A DNA stretch of 63,479 bases, filler included, from Octopus bimaculoides (Eukaryota), in NCBI RefSeq assembly GCF_001194135.2. It is 5 parts of 5 records of this genome, joined end to end, with 100 filler letters (N's around TTAATTAATTAA, not from the genome) between each part and the next. Parts side by side here need not be neighbours in the genome. Positions count along the whole stretch, not along the records: positions 46,533 to 63,479 come from NC_068996.1; 4 more parts are not named here. One strand, given 5' to 3'. A model generated the notes under the pieces. It did no database searches and had not been told where the DNA came from. It was given only the letters and a program-made list of their open reading frames with translations. The translations under genes were made by a program, and so were the position numbers. Numbering within the stretch: position 1 is the first letter of the stretch; each line of letters begins with the position of its first letter. Positions 50,805 through 63,124 of the stretch are shown here, in pieces.

Positions 50805-52490
50805 TCCATCATCATCATTATCATTTAGCATGTGTTTTCCATGGATTAGATGATTTAACTGGAACTGGTAAACTGGAGAGCTGCACCAGGCTCAAGTTGT
50901 CTGTTTTGGTTTAATTTCTATGAATTGATGCCCTTCCGAATATCAACCACTCCAGAGTGTACTCAGTATCTTTTATGTGTCACCAGCATGGGTGTCTTTT
51001 ATGTATTACCTGCACTGGCCATGACTATTTGATTTTACTTAGTTTGACATGTCTTCTCAAGCACAGCAAATCGCCAAATGTTTTGGTCACTTGTCATCAC
51101 CTCTGTAAGTTACAACATTCGAAGGTCATATTTCAACACCTCATCCCACATCTTCCTGAGTATACCTCTTCCACAGGTTCCCTCTACATTTATTGATCAG
51201 TACTTCTTTACACAGCTGTCCTCATCCATACCAGTCCAGTCCAGTCTTCTCTCTTGCATACTACATCTGATCCCTCTATTACCCAATTTTTCTCTTAAGA
51301 CATTTACACTCTGTTGTACGTGCACACTGATTTTATGCATCCAGTGGAACATACTGGCTTCATTTCTTTCAAGCCTTCACATGTCCTCTGCAGTCACAGC
51401 CCATGTTTAACTGCCATATAGCACAGTTGTTTACACACAGGCATCGTACAGTCAACCTTTCACTCTGATGGAGAAGCCCTTTGTTACCAACAGAGGTAGC
51501 AGCTCTCTGAACCTTGACCAGTCCATTCTTATTCTAGCAGCTATGTTCTCTGAGCATCCTCCTCCACTGCTGACTTGGTCATCTTCTTCTACATATGTCC
51601 TATATTTCTCTCAACACATCTGTATTTTGTTATTCATGTACAATGCACATTACACTGGAGTATTCTAACTTCACTTTCTAGTTTTCACTAGTCTGCCACA
51701 TTCAGACTCTTTACCATGTAGCAGTGCTGTTTGTACACAAGGATCTTGCAATCTGCCTTTCACTATGAGAGAAATCTTTTGTTGCCAACTGAGTTGTAAG
51801 CTCTCTGACCTTTCTCCAGCCTGTTATTTTTTCACTGTTAGCAAGGTCCCTGGGTAACAGAAGCTATCTACTACCTCTGTTGATCCTCCTGGACATTTAT
51901 GAAAACTTATTTCCTCTGTTTTCTTGGTGTTTACTGCTCCTGTGGATCTGTCACATACAAAGGCTACTTTCTCTGTTAAACTTTCTGTGTTTCCTTAGCT
52001 TGTACTGAGTACACTATAGGAATTTCTGCTTACATCTTTCCTACTTATCAAACAGGGCCATTTTCCTGAAGAAATTAGCATCTTATTTGTTTCCTTGCTT
52101 ACTAAAACTTTAGTCTTTACTAAGTTAACTTCAAAGCAGTTTAATTCTGAATTTTACTTTCACACTAATTTTTTGTCTAATTCTACTATAGATTCAGCTA
52201 TATCAACAGTCATCAGCATATCACAGTTCCCATGGTAAACTAGTCTTAAACTCCTGTTATAACATAGAGGACTATAATGAATTGGAGAGAAATGAGAAAT
52301 GAGGATCTCTTACCTGCACACTAAATTCATTACTAATTCTCTTTGTTGACAGCACCCATGTACATGAATTGTAAGGCTCTCACAAGCCATTTGTCTACCC
52401 TTAGCTTCCTCAGTAATCAAGGGACCCTGCCAACAGAGTCAAAAATACTGAGTACAGTGGCTTACTTTTAACTAGGTACTCCTCCTATAG
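50805..52490 (-). mobile_element. RTE-clade LINE, RT to 3' end, decayed
   Basis: LYDACV...LYGS.TWAVTAEDM.RLERNEAS; (GAT)n-type tail at ~50810. Confidence 0.8.
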
Positions 52491-52614
52491 TTGTTTCATT
52501 ATTGGCACAAAACTGAGCTCATCAACTGTAACTCTCTCTAATTGAGCTATAACTTTTTTATAACTTTCATGACCTCGCCCAGCAATATATATATATAAAG
52601 TTTTTACTTCACAG

Positions 52615-52692
52615 CTTACTTTGATGGAAGAGGAAGCGAGAACCCACGCTGATTCTACTGGAACATTTGAAGTAGACCTTGAACAATACAAG
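52615..52692 (+). CDS. Coiled-coil gene exon, 78 nt (LTLMEEEARTHADSTGTFEVDLEQYK)
   Basis: tttttacttcacAG acceptor, AAG|GTGAGT donor, phase 0 to 0. Confidence 0.82.
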
Positions 52693-52865
52693 GTGAGTCT
52701 ATAAGTCTGAATGTATGAAGGATAGATGTATGTATGAGTGAAAGAACAGGAGAAAGCTTGTATATCAAGTGTATATATTGTATTTGCATGAGTTTGTATG
52801 GGTTTATACATATTTAAGTATATGTGCATGTGTGTGTGTGTGTGTGTGTAAATATGTGGAAGCAC

Positions 52866-53100
52866 ATGGCTTAGATTATTAGGGTATTGTAATCATGATC
52901 TAAGATTGTGGTTTTAATTCCTGAACTTGGTAACGCATTGTGTTCTTGAGTAAAACACTTCATTTCATGTTCTTCCAGTTCACTCAGCTGGCAAAAGTAG
53001 TAATCCTGCAACAGGCTAGTGTCCTGTCCAGGTAGGGAATATATATGCCATAGAATCCAGTAAACCAGCCTTGTGCACCTGTGGCTCAGGAAGAACCTTT
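52866..53100 (+). mobile_element. tRNA-derived SINE (another family), CpG-decayed
   Basis: atggcttagattattagg head, then cttgagtaaaacacttcatttca and gtcctgtccagg body. Confidence 0.6.
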
Positions 53101-53411
53101 GATCCTTTGGTTTGTATATAAATATATACATATACAATATCTGTGTATGTGTTTGTATATATCATTATCATCGGTTTTACATCTACATTTCTATGTTAGT
53201 ATTTCTTTTGTATGTCAGTTTCAATATGATTTCTTTCCACTTGTTGCAGCCTATTTATCCTTCGACCATTTATTCTTTGAAAAGCTAAACTGTTAATCTC
53301 ACAGGCACCTTTGATAAAATGTACATGTTTGTATGATCATCCATGCATGTGCATGTGCACACACTCATACAGAGACTTTTTAGACTATCCCAGTGATCTA
53401 TTGCTCTAGAG

Positions 53412-53737
53412 CAGTGGTTCCCAAACTTTTTCGGGCTCCCCCCCCCCCCNNNNNNNNNNNNNNNNNNNNNNNNNNNNNNNNNNNNNNNNNNNNNNNNNNN
53501 GACACCCAGACCACATTCTTAGCGCCCCCACCCCAAGTAACCATCACAAACATAGACCTCTTTCTGAAGAAAATTCAAGGCAACTGTATTTCACAAATAA
53601 AACTTAACCTCATGATCTCCCCTTAATTTGGTGTTTTTACATGAATCACTACCCCATTATTGCCTCACTTTTTTTCACCCCCTTGGGACTTTCCACCACC
53701 CCCAGAGGAGCAATACCGCTCACTTTGGGAACTACTG
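53412..53737. mobile_element. hAT (Charlie-type) MITE
   Basis: TIRs CAGTGGTTCCCAAA / TTTGGGAACTACTG; 8-bp TSD CTCTAGAG / CTCTATAG, matching the NTCTAGAN preference. Confidence 0.88.
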
Positions 53738-54445
53738 CTCTATAGTTTTTCTAACAATGCTTGAAGAACCAACTACATATTGGGATAACTCCAGAGTAGC
53801 AGACCACAAGAGCAGCCTAAATAAACTGCTGAACTGTATTAAATGTTTCTTCTCCAATTTGTTATTAATTTGTGTATATGTATTTATATACATCATGTAC
53901 ACATACATGCATACACAAACATGATCCAAGGCAGTACAATTTTCATTCATCGAAGTGAGATATATAATTGCCAAGGATGCATAGCAACTAAACAAGTTCT
54001 CAGTTCTTTGACTTCAATGTCTGTATGATTTAACCCCTTAACATTCAGGTCACTCTGGCAAATGTAATGCTTATTCATTCGCATTGTTCTCAATTAATCA
54101 TACACTACCTCATTGTTTTGAGATTTTGATGATGTGAATGTTTATTTTTTAGAATGACATTATGGGATAGGTGTAAAAGGCCAGATCTAACTAGTTTGAG
54201 CATAAAACAGGTAGAATATTTGGTCTGGATAGAGTTGGTTTAAATGCTAAATGGTTAACAGATAGGGAGAATAGATCTCAATAAAACATGTGAAGGAGAT
54301 ATGGAATATTCAACATACACAGAGACATATTTGACAAATCTGTTCTCTCTCAGCCTCTCTTACAAAACACCAAATTCTTCCTTTTATGTGAGTTACAGGG
54401 TATATATCTATTCATAAAAAAAAATATATCAATTTCTTGTTACAG

Positions 54446-54556
54446 CTTGAAAACCGAAAGTTGAGGAAAGAGATGGAAACTTTAGCATTCCAAGTATCAT
54501 GCCTCCAAGACAAATTGCTGGATCACAGTTCCATGATTGAACAGAAAGATGACGAG
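54446..54556 (+). CDS. Coiled-coil gene exon, 111 nt (LENRKLRKEMETLAFQVSCLQDKLLDHSSMIEQKDDE)
   Basis: tttcttgttacAG acceptor, GAG|GTAAAT donor, phase 0 to 0. Confidence 0.85.
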
Positions 54557-54789
54557 GTAAATAATTGACCACATTTGTTTTACACTCTTCAGGNNNNNNN
54601 NNNNNNNNNNNNNNNNNNNNNNNNNNNNNNNNNNNNNNNNNNNNNNNNNNNNNNNNNNGGGGGGGGGGGGGGGGGAGCACACACACACACACACACGTAT
54701 GTATCATTTATATTATTATGGGGTAGATAGAATGAGTAAGAGGAAGCAGCTGCTGCAATAGGACAGCCATTGGATTAGTCATTGAGGTA

Positions 54790-56070
54790 ATACAGGAGGA
54801 TATAACCAAGATCTGGCATCATTTATGCTACAAGGACAAACCAGATGCACTAAAGAGAGACAACTGCTGAGGCTTCAAACTGTTGGTGCATTCTATCAAA
54901 GTTACAGAAAGAGTTATCGTAAAAGCAATTAGGAACAGGATTAACTTTGATGAAATACTGCTTGCCTTTGTGCAAGGAAGCTGTACTATTGATGGCATTT
55001 TCCTTGACAGAAGTTAGCTATAAATCAGCCCATATACATATCGTTCTTGTGAAAGCTTAAGAGAAAGCCTTTGCTTTGAAATATGGTGATTCCTAAAGAA
55101 TCTAGTCATAGACAAATAGCTTGTGAGGGTTGTGCATGTGGAGATCGGCATGGTGGATGAGTACAATGACAAATTTAGCATGCAAGTAGGGGTCCATCAG
55201 TACTTAATATTCCACTTTGTTTATTCTGCTCTGTTCTGTTTATTATAATCTTCCAAGCTTTACCAGAGAAGTTTAAAACTGACTGTTTATAGTATGTTAC
55301 AGACAGAATCTGTAGAAAATTTGGAGAAAATATTCTAGAGATGGAATCAAAATGTAGAATTGAGATACCTCAAAGTAAGCTTAGTAGATATATATTTTCA
55401 TCAGGATAGATCCCTACTACAGTTCAGAAAATGGCTTTTCTTGGTTTCTAGAAAAGGAATATTAAAAAGCTCCTATATGGTATACTCTGTAAACAATGAA
55501 TGCATAAGAGATGTAATAGATTTAAAGACAAGCTAGTATAGAAGTTAGACATCATATGCAGCAGGTGGAAATGGTCATAGATTCTTTCAAATATGCAACT
55601 GTCTGTATTAAAGCAGGTGATAACTTTTGTTACCTGGCTTAGCTAATTAGCAAGTGCAGGAATGTGTTGGGGAAAGTTCAGGGAGCTATTATCTCTTGTA
55701 GCAACAAAGGACATTTCTCTTAATGTGAAAGATAGATTGTATGATGATGTGTTTGAAGTGTAATGCTGCATGGTGACAAGGTATGGATCTTCAGTGTAAA
55801 TGGTTTAAAAAGGTCAGAATAAAATGAAGTTACCATGCTTCACTGAATTTGTATGAATAGAGAACAAACAAGCTGAAAAAAAAAAAAGATATTAGAAGAA
55901 TCTGATGTAGTGTGCAGGGGAGAAGACTGCACTAGTATGGGTATGTGAATCATAAGGAGGATGATAGCTACAAAAGAAAGTACTGAGCACTAAGTGTTGA
56001 ACCTGTGGAAGAGGGAGATCAGGAAAGACTTCAGTTTACCTTGAGTTTCTGCACCAGTGGACTACTTCAA
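54790..56070 (+). mobile_element. Old RTE-clade LINE RT fragment
   Basis: tttagcatgcaagtaggggtccatcag (GVHQ motif region); homologous to 50805-52490 in the opposite orientation. Confidence 0.7.
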
Positions 56071-56166
56071 ATACCAGTCTACACATTAAATGAGTAAACA
56101 ACCAAGATTTTTAATTGAATGCTGAAATTTTTATCTAATCGAACTTAGAATATATACATAAATAAT

Positions 56167-56545
56167 ATAGGTGCAGGCATGGCTATGGTAGAAAGTTTGC
56201 TTCCCAACTACATGGTTCCAAGTTCAGTTCTATTGCATTGCACCTTGGGTAAGTGTCTTCTACTCTACCCCTGAGTCGACCAAAGCCTTGTATGTAGATT
56301 TAGTAGGTGGACACTGGAAGAATCCTGTTGTATGTGTGTCTGTGTTTGTCCCCCACTACTGCTTGACAACTGGTATTGGTATCTTTATGTTCCCATTATT
56401 TAGCAGTTTGGCAAAAGAGACCAATAGAATAAGTACCAGGTTTCATAAAGTAATAAGTACTGGGGTCAATAAGTTGGACTAAAATTCTTGAAGGTGGTAC
56501 CCCAGCATGGCCACAGTCTAATGACTGAAACAAGTAAAAAATAGA
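56167..56545 (+). mobile_element. Full-length SINE family B, CpG-decayed
   Basis: tRNA-like head, caccttgggtaagtgtcttctac CORE-like segment, and tail atgactgaaacaagtaaaa. Confidence 0.85.
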
Positions 56546-57763
56546 AGATAGACATCATTTCATCACCCACTTTTACATGTTTGTATAGAATTTGTGTGTG
56601 TGTGTTTACTCTCTCTTTCCTTTCCTGAGCGTCCAATAACACTATCCGTATCACGTCCTCACTTTGTTGTTTTTTTGTTANNNNNNNNNNNNNNNNNNNN
56701 NNNNNNNNNNNNNNNNNNNNNNNNNNNNNNNNNNNNNNNNNNNNNNNNNNNNNNNNNNNNNNNNNNNNNNNNNNNNNNNNNNNGTGTCTTGTGTATACAA
56801 TTTCTGCTTTATATATGCAGTGTATTCTTATATACAGAGGCATAGTGTAACAGTTAAGAATGGCTTCGCAAATTCCTTCTTTCTAAATTCATCACTCTGC
56901 ATTTTCATGGGCAAAATGTCTTATTATAGCTGTCATTATATATATATATATATACTTTATTTAAAAGTAAATAAGAAAATGGAGAGGGTATAAAATCGAC
57001 AGACATCAGCCAGTAAACATTCAAGTATGTCTATTTATTCAATTGTATTGGATGAATACACACACATGTATGAGTGATACAGATTAATGAGCGGAAAAGC
57101 TGGTAACTGCATAGATAAGGGTGTGAATACATACAAGTATATAGAAACAAATGAGCAAATGGGTGTGCAGGTACTAGTTCCTTACGGCTGTTTCTTCCAA
57201 GAGGCAACAAAATCTTCCAGGTTATCTCCATCACCTAAATGTTATGCAGGGATGAACAGACAAGGCTTGGATAATGGATGTGCCCCTAGGCTTCTTCAGA
57301 GGGTCTAAGTAGTTAGGGGACTAACACATAAAAGTCAGTTAAGAATAGATAAAGTGTGCTTATCCTTTCAACTAGAGTAGAGTAAGAATAAGAATAAGAG
57401 CAAAAACAAGAATATAAGTGAAATACAGCAGAGTACAATAATGTGGGCATAACAAAGGGAAATAAGGTACAGACATCCCATAAAGTATTTACACACACAC
57501 ATGCATCATCATCATCATAATGGCCGCTATCATTTCTTTATTTTATGTTATTGTGTCTACTAGGATGTGCCTAGGTGTCAGATTTTTCACATAGTGATAT
57601 CTAGGGCTGCAAGGCATTTCTTTACTAAATCATATAATCTAAAACAACACTGGCAATGAAGATATATGTGTATGTTTTGCTATGTATCCATCAAGTTATA
57701 TTATTTTTAAAAATTGCATTGTTTTTCGCTTAAAATGATAATAATATTAAAACATTAAAAACA

Positions 57764-57800
<37 letters not shown>

Positions 57801-58278
57801 ATTGTGTTGAGCTGCAACCCTTTATACTGAAATGCAACTTAGCCATTCAATAGAGATTGAAATGACTATTGAGTTCAGTATTATTGGCAAAATACTGTTT
57901 AAAGTAGATCACTGAGTAAAACGATAAATAATAAAAATAACCATTACATGTACACTTTCACCTTCATATTCTTTTTATATTCAGTGTGGCCTCTATATAC
58001 ACACTGTTTACTTTTTATAAACACTATAAATTTTATAGACAATCTGAAGAAGACCTCCATTCTCTGTAGTTCTCCAATGTTAACAGGTCTCCATTCACAA
58101 TCTGCATTTACTTTCTATATACAATTATGAACATATTGCTACTGTCAGTCCATCACTACTGATATTTTTCCACTAAGAGCAGATCTCTTTATTCAGCACA
58201 CCAGCACTACTAACAATCCCCAACCAGCAACACACCACTTTTCCATATATTTAATCCATCTATTCTATCTACATGCAG

Positions 58279-58383
58279 AATTCTTATGAAGTAAATGCAA
58301 AAACTGAAGAGATCACTACACTACAGTCACAAGTACAAACAATGTCAGATCAAATCCAACACTTGGAGGACCGTAAAGAACAA
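58279..58383 (+). CDS. Coiled-coil gene exon, 105 nt (NSYEVNAKTEEITTLQSQVQTMSDQIQHLEDRKEQ)
   Basis: tattctatctacatgcAG acceptor, CAA|GTAAGA donor, phase 0 to 0. Confidence 0.85.
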
Positions 58384-58576
58384 GTAAGAGACTTCTATTT
58401 CCATTACTATAAATACTCTGCGTGTCCATGATTTTTCTCCTTTTGTCTTGTAGAATGTTTACACCATTTTCTTTTCAGTGTTTGGTAATATATATATGCT
58501 TATATCGTCGTTCAGTTTGTTCAAGCAAGTGTATATGCACGATACAGCTTTATGCATCCATATTTGCTAACAGTTA

Positions 58577-59135
58577 TCATCATCATCATCGTTTAACGCT
58601 CGCCTTCCATGCTAGCATGGGTTGGACAATTTGACTGAGGACTGGTGAACCAGATGGCTACACCGGGCTCCAATCTGATTTGGCAGGGTTTCTACAGCTG
58701 GATGCCCTTCCTAACGCCAACCACTTCGAGAGTGTAGTGGGTGCTTTTACGTGCCACCGGCATGAAGGCCAGTCAGGTGGTACTGGCAACGGCAACGCTC
58801 AAAAAGGTGTTTTTTACGTGCCACCTGCATGGGATCCAGTCCAGCGGCACTGGCAATGATCTCGCTCGAATGTTTTTTCATGTTCCACTGACACAAGTGC
58901 CAGTAAGGCGACACTGGTAACGATCACGCTCAAATGGTGCTATTTACGTGCCACTGGCATGGAAGCCAAACAGCTGCTCTGGCAATGATCACACTTGGAC
59001 GGTGCTCTTAGCGCTTCACTGGTACAGTTGCCCCAACAGGTCTATGCAAGCTGAGTTCAGTGTCCAATGAAGGAGAGGTTGGCATGGGTGCCACTCGTCG
59101 AATTTGGTTCGATTTCGATTTCACTTGCCTTGAAG
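58577..59135 (-). mobile_element. RTE-type 3' end or derivative with (GAT)n tail, relatively young
   Basis: catcatcgtttaacgctcgccttccatgctagcatggg; related ends at ~48985-49022, ~50810 and ~62190-62400. Confidence 0.75.
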
Positions 59136-59319
59136 CACAACATGAAAGCTTCAGCCTACATGACGATGGGCAGATATGGAAGTTTATTTAGGCTGGCGAA
59201 ACATGGAGAAGACATACCAGGTGGTTTGAGCACACTGTACCCACAATAGCTGGCAATGAAACAACTGAAACTAAATTAGAACACCCTACCATCCCCTACA
59301 GTTCATTATAAGCTGAAAT

Positions 59320-60050
59320 CAAGGTACAAATGCTTGTAGCTTGTGCAACAAGATACATCTTTTTGATTCTTATGTCAAAATTATCGACCCTGTCATGGAA
59401 ACATGGGCACATTCCTTACTCTGTGATGGGGTTTTCAGCATAGCTGGCTACAACTTGTTTTGCAAAGACTGCATTAATCGTCATAGTGGTCTACATTCAT
59501 TCAAACTTTTCAGCAATTCCTTGCATTGATTTGAATCAATCACAACAAGAAGCATTCTTCTGCGATATACATATGACCATGTCAACACATCTGCTTGGAC
59601 ATTATCATCAGGACACATATCTTTGTGATATCCTCAGAACTGCTGCCAGGAAAACAGCCACTTATGTTTTTATTGCAAGTGACTTCAATCACCCTGAGAT
59701 TGATTGGAAAACCTTTCGTTGACCGCAAAGTGCAAATGATTTCATTGAGCTAGTGCTGGATTCAAACTGGTTTCAAGTAATCAACTCCCCAACAAGAGGT
59801 GACAAAACTTTGGATCTACTCTTTACCTCTACTCCTAAAACCTTTAGGCGACTCTGATCATGCTATGATCATTGCCAATCTGACCCTTTTGGGCAGTAAC
59901 AAAAACCACAGCCATCTCCAAACTGCTCATTTTGGCTGGAATAAATCAGACTGGAACTCTTACTGCACCGAGCTACAACACCCAAACTGGCTGGAATTTT
60001 ATGACTGGAGATGTGAACACTATACTTCAGAATATCCTGAACTCAATCCT
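59320..60050 (+). mobile_element. CR1/Jockey-group LINE apurinic endonuclease fragment
   Basis: NACSLCNK...ETW...IAGYNLF.KD...ASDFNHPEIDW...PTRGDKTLDL...SDHAMI. Confidence 0.82.
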
Positions 60051-60085
60051 TCAGAAAGTCATGAAGCCATATATATATATACATA

Positions 60086-60128
<43 letters not shown>

Positions 60129-61071
60129 TTGATAAGTGTAAACATCTGTATATGCTGGATAGTGGCAGAGGTGAAAGAATATATTAAATGTAAATTGAAA
60201 ACAGAACACAAAGGATATCGCGGTACACGTGTTTCAAGTTTTATACACAAACTGTCATTACATCAAAATATATTGTTGATATAAAGGATGGTTTAAAGCT
60301 CTCTTCAACCGCAAACATTTTCAGTCCCAAGATTACATCACAAAGAAAAAAGAAAAAGAGAGAGAAAACGGAAAAGTCCACTTAGTATTATCCATTATAA
60401 TAGGCTTATCCTTTAAACTGTTATATCTGCATAAATGTTCGCTGGATTTCAGAAATCTGCTGATACTGTACCACAATTCAGCATAGAGTGAATGATAAAT
60501 AGATTGGATTGTATTTAACTAGCGTATATAAGATAGAAAGAGAAGATCAAAAATAAAATAAAAGTTAAAGAATAAAAAAATAAAATATAATATAAAAGTA
60601 ATAGAAGTCAAATTGAGAGTAATAGAAGTAAAAATACGGATAATAAAGTTAGATACATATATAAATAAGATTTAGTAAAATTCGAATAAAGTAACAAAAG
60701 AAATAAAAGAATTGGAATAAAGTAAGAGAAGAAATAGAAGAAATAAAATAACAGAATAAAAAAAAATAAAAATAAAAAATTTTTTTTTTAAATTTAAAAA
60801 AAACTTGAAATAAAAAAGTAAAGAAAAAGAGAAATAAGAAATAAACCCATAAAGTAGAAAAAAAGAGATAAAGAGATAAATACTCAATCAATAAATAAAT
60901 GAAAACACATGAGTTATAGAATTGTTTTCATTGAATGTTTCACTATAGTTGTGCACTTAGATATGAGTAACATGGTAATATAGTCTCAGCAGAATCTTAA
61001 TATGCAGTATATTATATTTTTGTAACTAAATGTCTTCTTAATCAAACTACCTATTCTTTCTTTCTTTTCAG

Positions 61072-61103
61072 CTCATACAAGAGGTTGAAGGTTGGGATGA
61101 GAA
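61072..61103 (+). CDS. Coiled-coil gene exon, 32 nt (LIQEVEGWDE)
   Basis: ttctttctttcttttcAG acceptor, GTAAGT donor, phase 0 to 2; AA+A makes Lys. Confidence 0.8.
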
Positions 61104-61579
61104 GTAAGTTATCTTATTGGTCATCTCTCTCATATTACATTACATACTCTTGCTCATACATAGATTCACAAACTTGCATACTGATATATAAATCTCTCTC
61201 TCTCTTTCTCTCTCTCAACAACAGAGGAATAAACAATTATGTCATAAATTTCATTAGTTTACAGCTGTTTCTACTACAAGATGCTATGCACTCAGGTTCT
61301 GATACAGTTATCAATTCTGTTTTAATAAAATCAAAGGATTAGTTCATTAAGTTATGTATTTAGAATTGTTAATCATATATTGGTTTGGTTAATAGGGTGA
61401 TGGTCCGAAATTTTTTGAAGAAATTTGTCCAGTGAACTTTTGAATTTTATGAGATCTGTTTCCATTCTGATGTATTTTGGTATGGTATTAAAGACAACTA
61501 CACACACTTATGATTATGTACATCTGTATGTAAAATATATATATGAATGTAAAATGAAACTTTCTCTTTCCCTATCTAG

Positions 61580-61670
61580 ATATCGTGAGCTATCTGACAG
61601 TTGTGAACAATCAAATGCTGACTATTCAGAAATGCAGGAGAGGCTGGCATTCAAAGAAAATGAGCTTGAG
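61580..61670 (+). CDS. Coiled-coil gene exon, 91 nt (YRELSDSCEQSNADYSEMQERLAFKENELE)
   Basis: tttctctttccctatctAG acceptor, GAG|GTAAGT donor, phase 2 to 0. Confidence 0.85.
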
Positions 61671-62632
61671 GTAAGTTTCCAGGCTGTGTTTGTTGTTTAA
61701 CCATGTTATTACTGATCCAGTAGATCAAAATCACTTTGGACATGTCCATGTTGTTGTTGTTGTTTATTCAGACATTATTTATCTAGGACCACAATATCTA
61801 ATGTTTCTTTCCTTTTATATGATTGTAGGGTGTAATTTGGGGAGGTTTAATTGATATTGCAAGCAAGTTGAATGACCACTTAAAGGCTTCATCATTATTA
61901 TCATCATATATTAATTTTTCCACAGTGAATGTATCTCACAACATCTTCCACTCACCATAGTTTTTTATCTTTCCCCCTTCTGCAGTCCTTCATCACCTGG
62001 TATATACTTCAATAGAAAAATATTCACCAACCTTGTTATACATGTCTTGCAATGCAATCTGAGTGCATTTTATCAAACCATCATCATTAAAGATGTTTTC
62101 TGCAATTTAACTAAAGAGTCCCCGTCTCTCTATATCATTTCTTATTCAGAGTTACTTCTCCCTTGACATATAGCCCTGTTGCTATAGCATCATCATTTCA
62201 CATCTACTTTCCATGCTAGCATGGGCTGGATGGTTCAACTGGATCTAACAGGTCAGAAGATCATATCTTGCTTCATCTCATTGTCAACATGATTTCTACA
62301 GCAGGATGTTTTTCCAAATACTAACCACTTTATAGAGTGAACTCGGTGCTTTTTTTATGGCACCAGCACTAGTGAGGTTGCTTTGTAACTCACAAAACCA
62401 CAGAATCCTTTCAATTGAGAGGGAGAATAGAAGAGAGAGAGAGAGAGAGAGAATAATGGCTTTATGTGATCTGTTGAGAGGTTAAAGTATGAAGGGAGGA
62501 ACAGGAAAAGGTTTATTGTTGAGAAATATCTCCTCACCTACATACTGTAGTCATTAAATGTAACAAAAATGCAAGACAACTACCGACCAGTATATCTTAT
62601 TGTAATCAAAACTACATTGAAATTTCCCCTAG

Positions 62633-62645
62633 AAACAGTTGCAAG
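62633..62645 (+). CDS. Coiled-coil gene microexon, 13 nt (KQLQ)
   Basis: aatttcccctAG|AAACAGTTGCAAG|GTAAAC, phase 0 to 1. Confidence 0.55.
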
Positions 62646-62816
62646 GTAAACCCTGTTCATTGGGCAACAAGTGTAAATCAGGCTAGCTTCACCACAAATT
62701 ATAACAGAAATGTTAAAATTTATGCAGACAGTAGTACCTGTAATGATTCCTATTTGGTGTATTGGTGTATGCAGTTGAATGCATTAAACACAACTTAATT
62801 TATGTTGGTTACACAG

Positions 62817-62839
62817 AAAAATTAAACAAAAGATTTAAG
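62817..62839 (+). CDS. Coiled-coil gene microexon, 23 nt (EKLNKRFK)
   Basis: gttggttacacAG acceptor, AAG|GTATGA donor, phase 1 to 0; G+AA makes Glu with the 13-nt exon. Confidence 0.55.
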
Positions 62840-62877
62840 GTATGACATCAAGCACAATAACAGCACTTCAATGGGAC

Positions 62878-63110
62878 TTACTCTTTTGTTTGTTTCATTC
62901 ATTTGACTGCAGCCATGCTGGAGCACTACCTTTAGTCAAACAAATCAACCCCAGGACTTATTTTTTGTAAGCCTGGTACTTATTCTATTGGACCTTTTGC
63001 TGAGCCACTAAGTTACGGGGATGTAAACACACCAGCATCAGTTTTCAGGCGATGGTGGGAGGACAACACAGGCACACAAACATACACACACACACACACA
63101 CAGATTATAT
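62878..63110 (-). mobile_element. SINE family B 3' half, CpG-decayed
   Basis: cagccatgctggagcactacc...aatcaaccccagg...gagccactaagttacgggg. Confidence 0.85.
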
Positions 63111-63124
63111 GTATATATATATAC

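Noticed and set aside
60649-60891. Phe-rich minus-strand ORFs
   Set aside because: A-rich low-complexity DNA.
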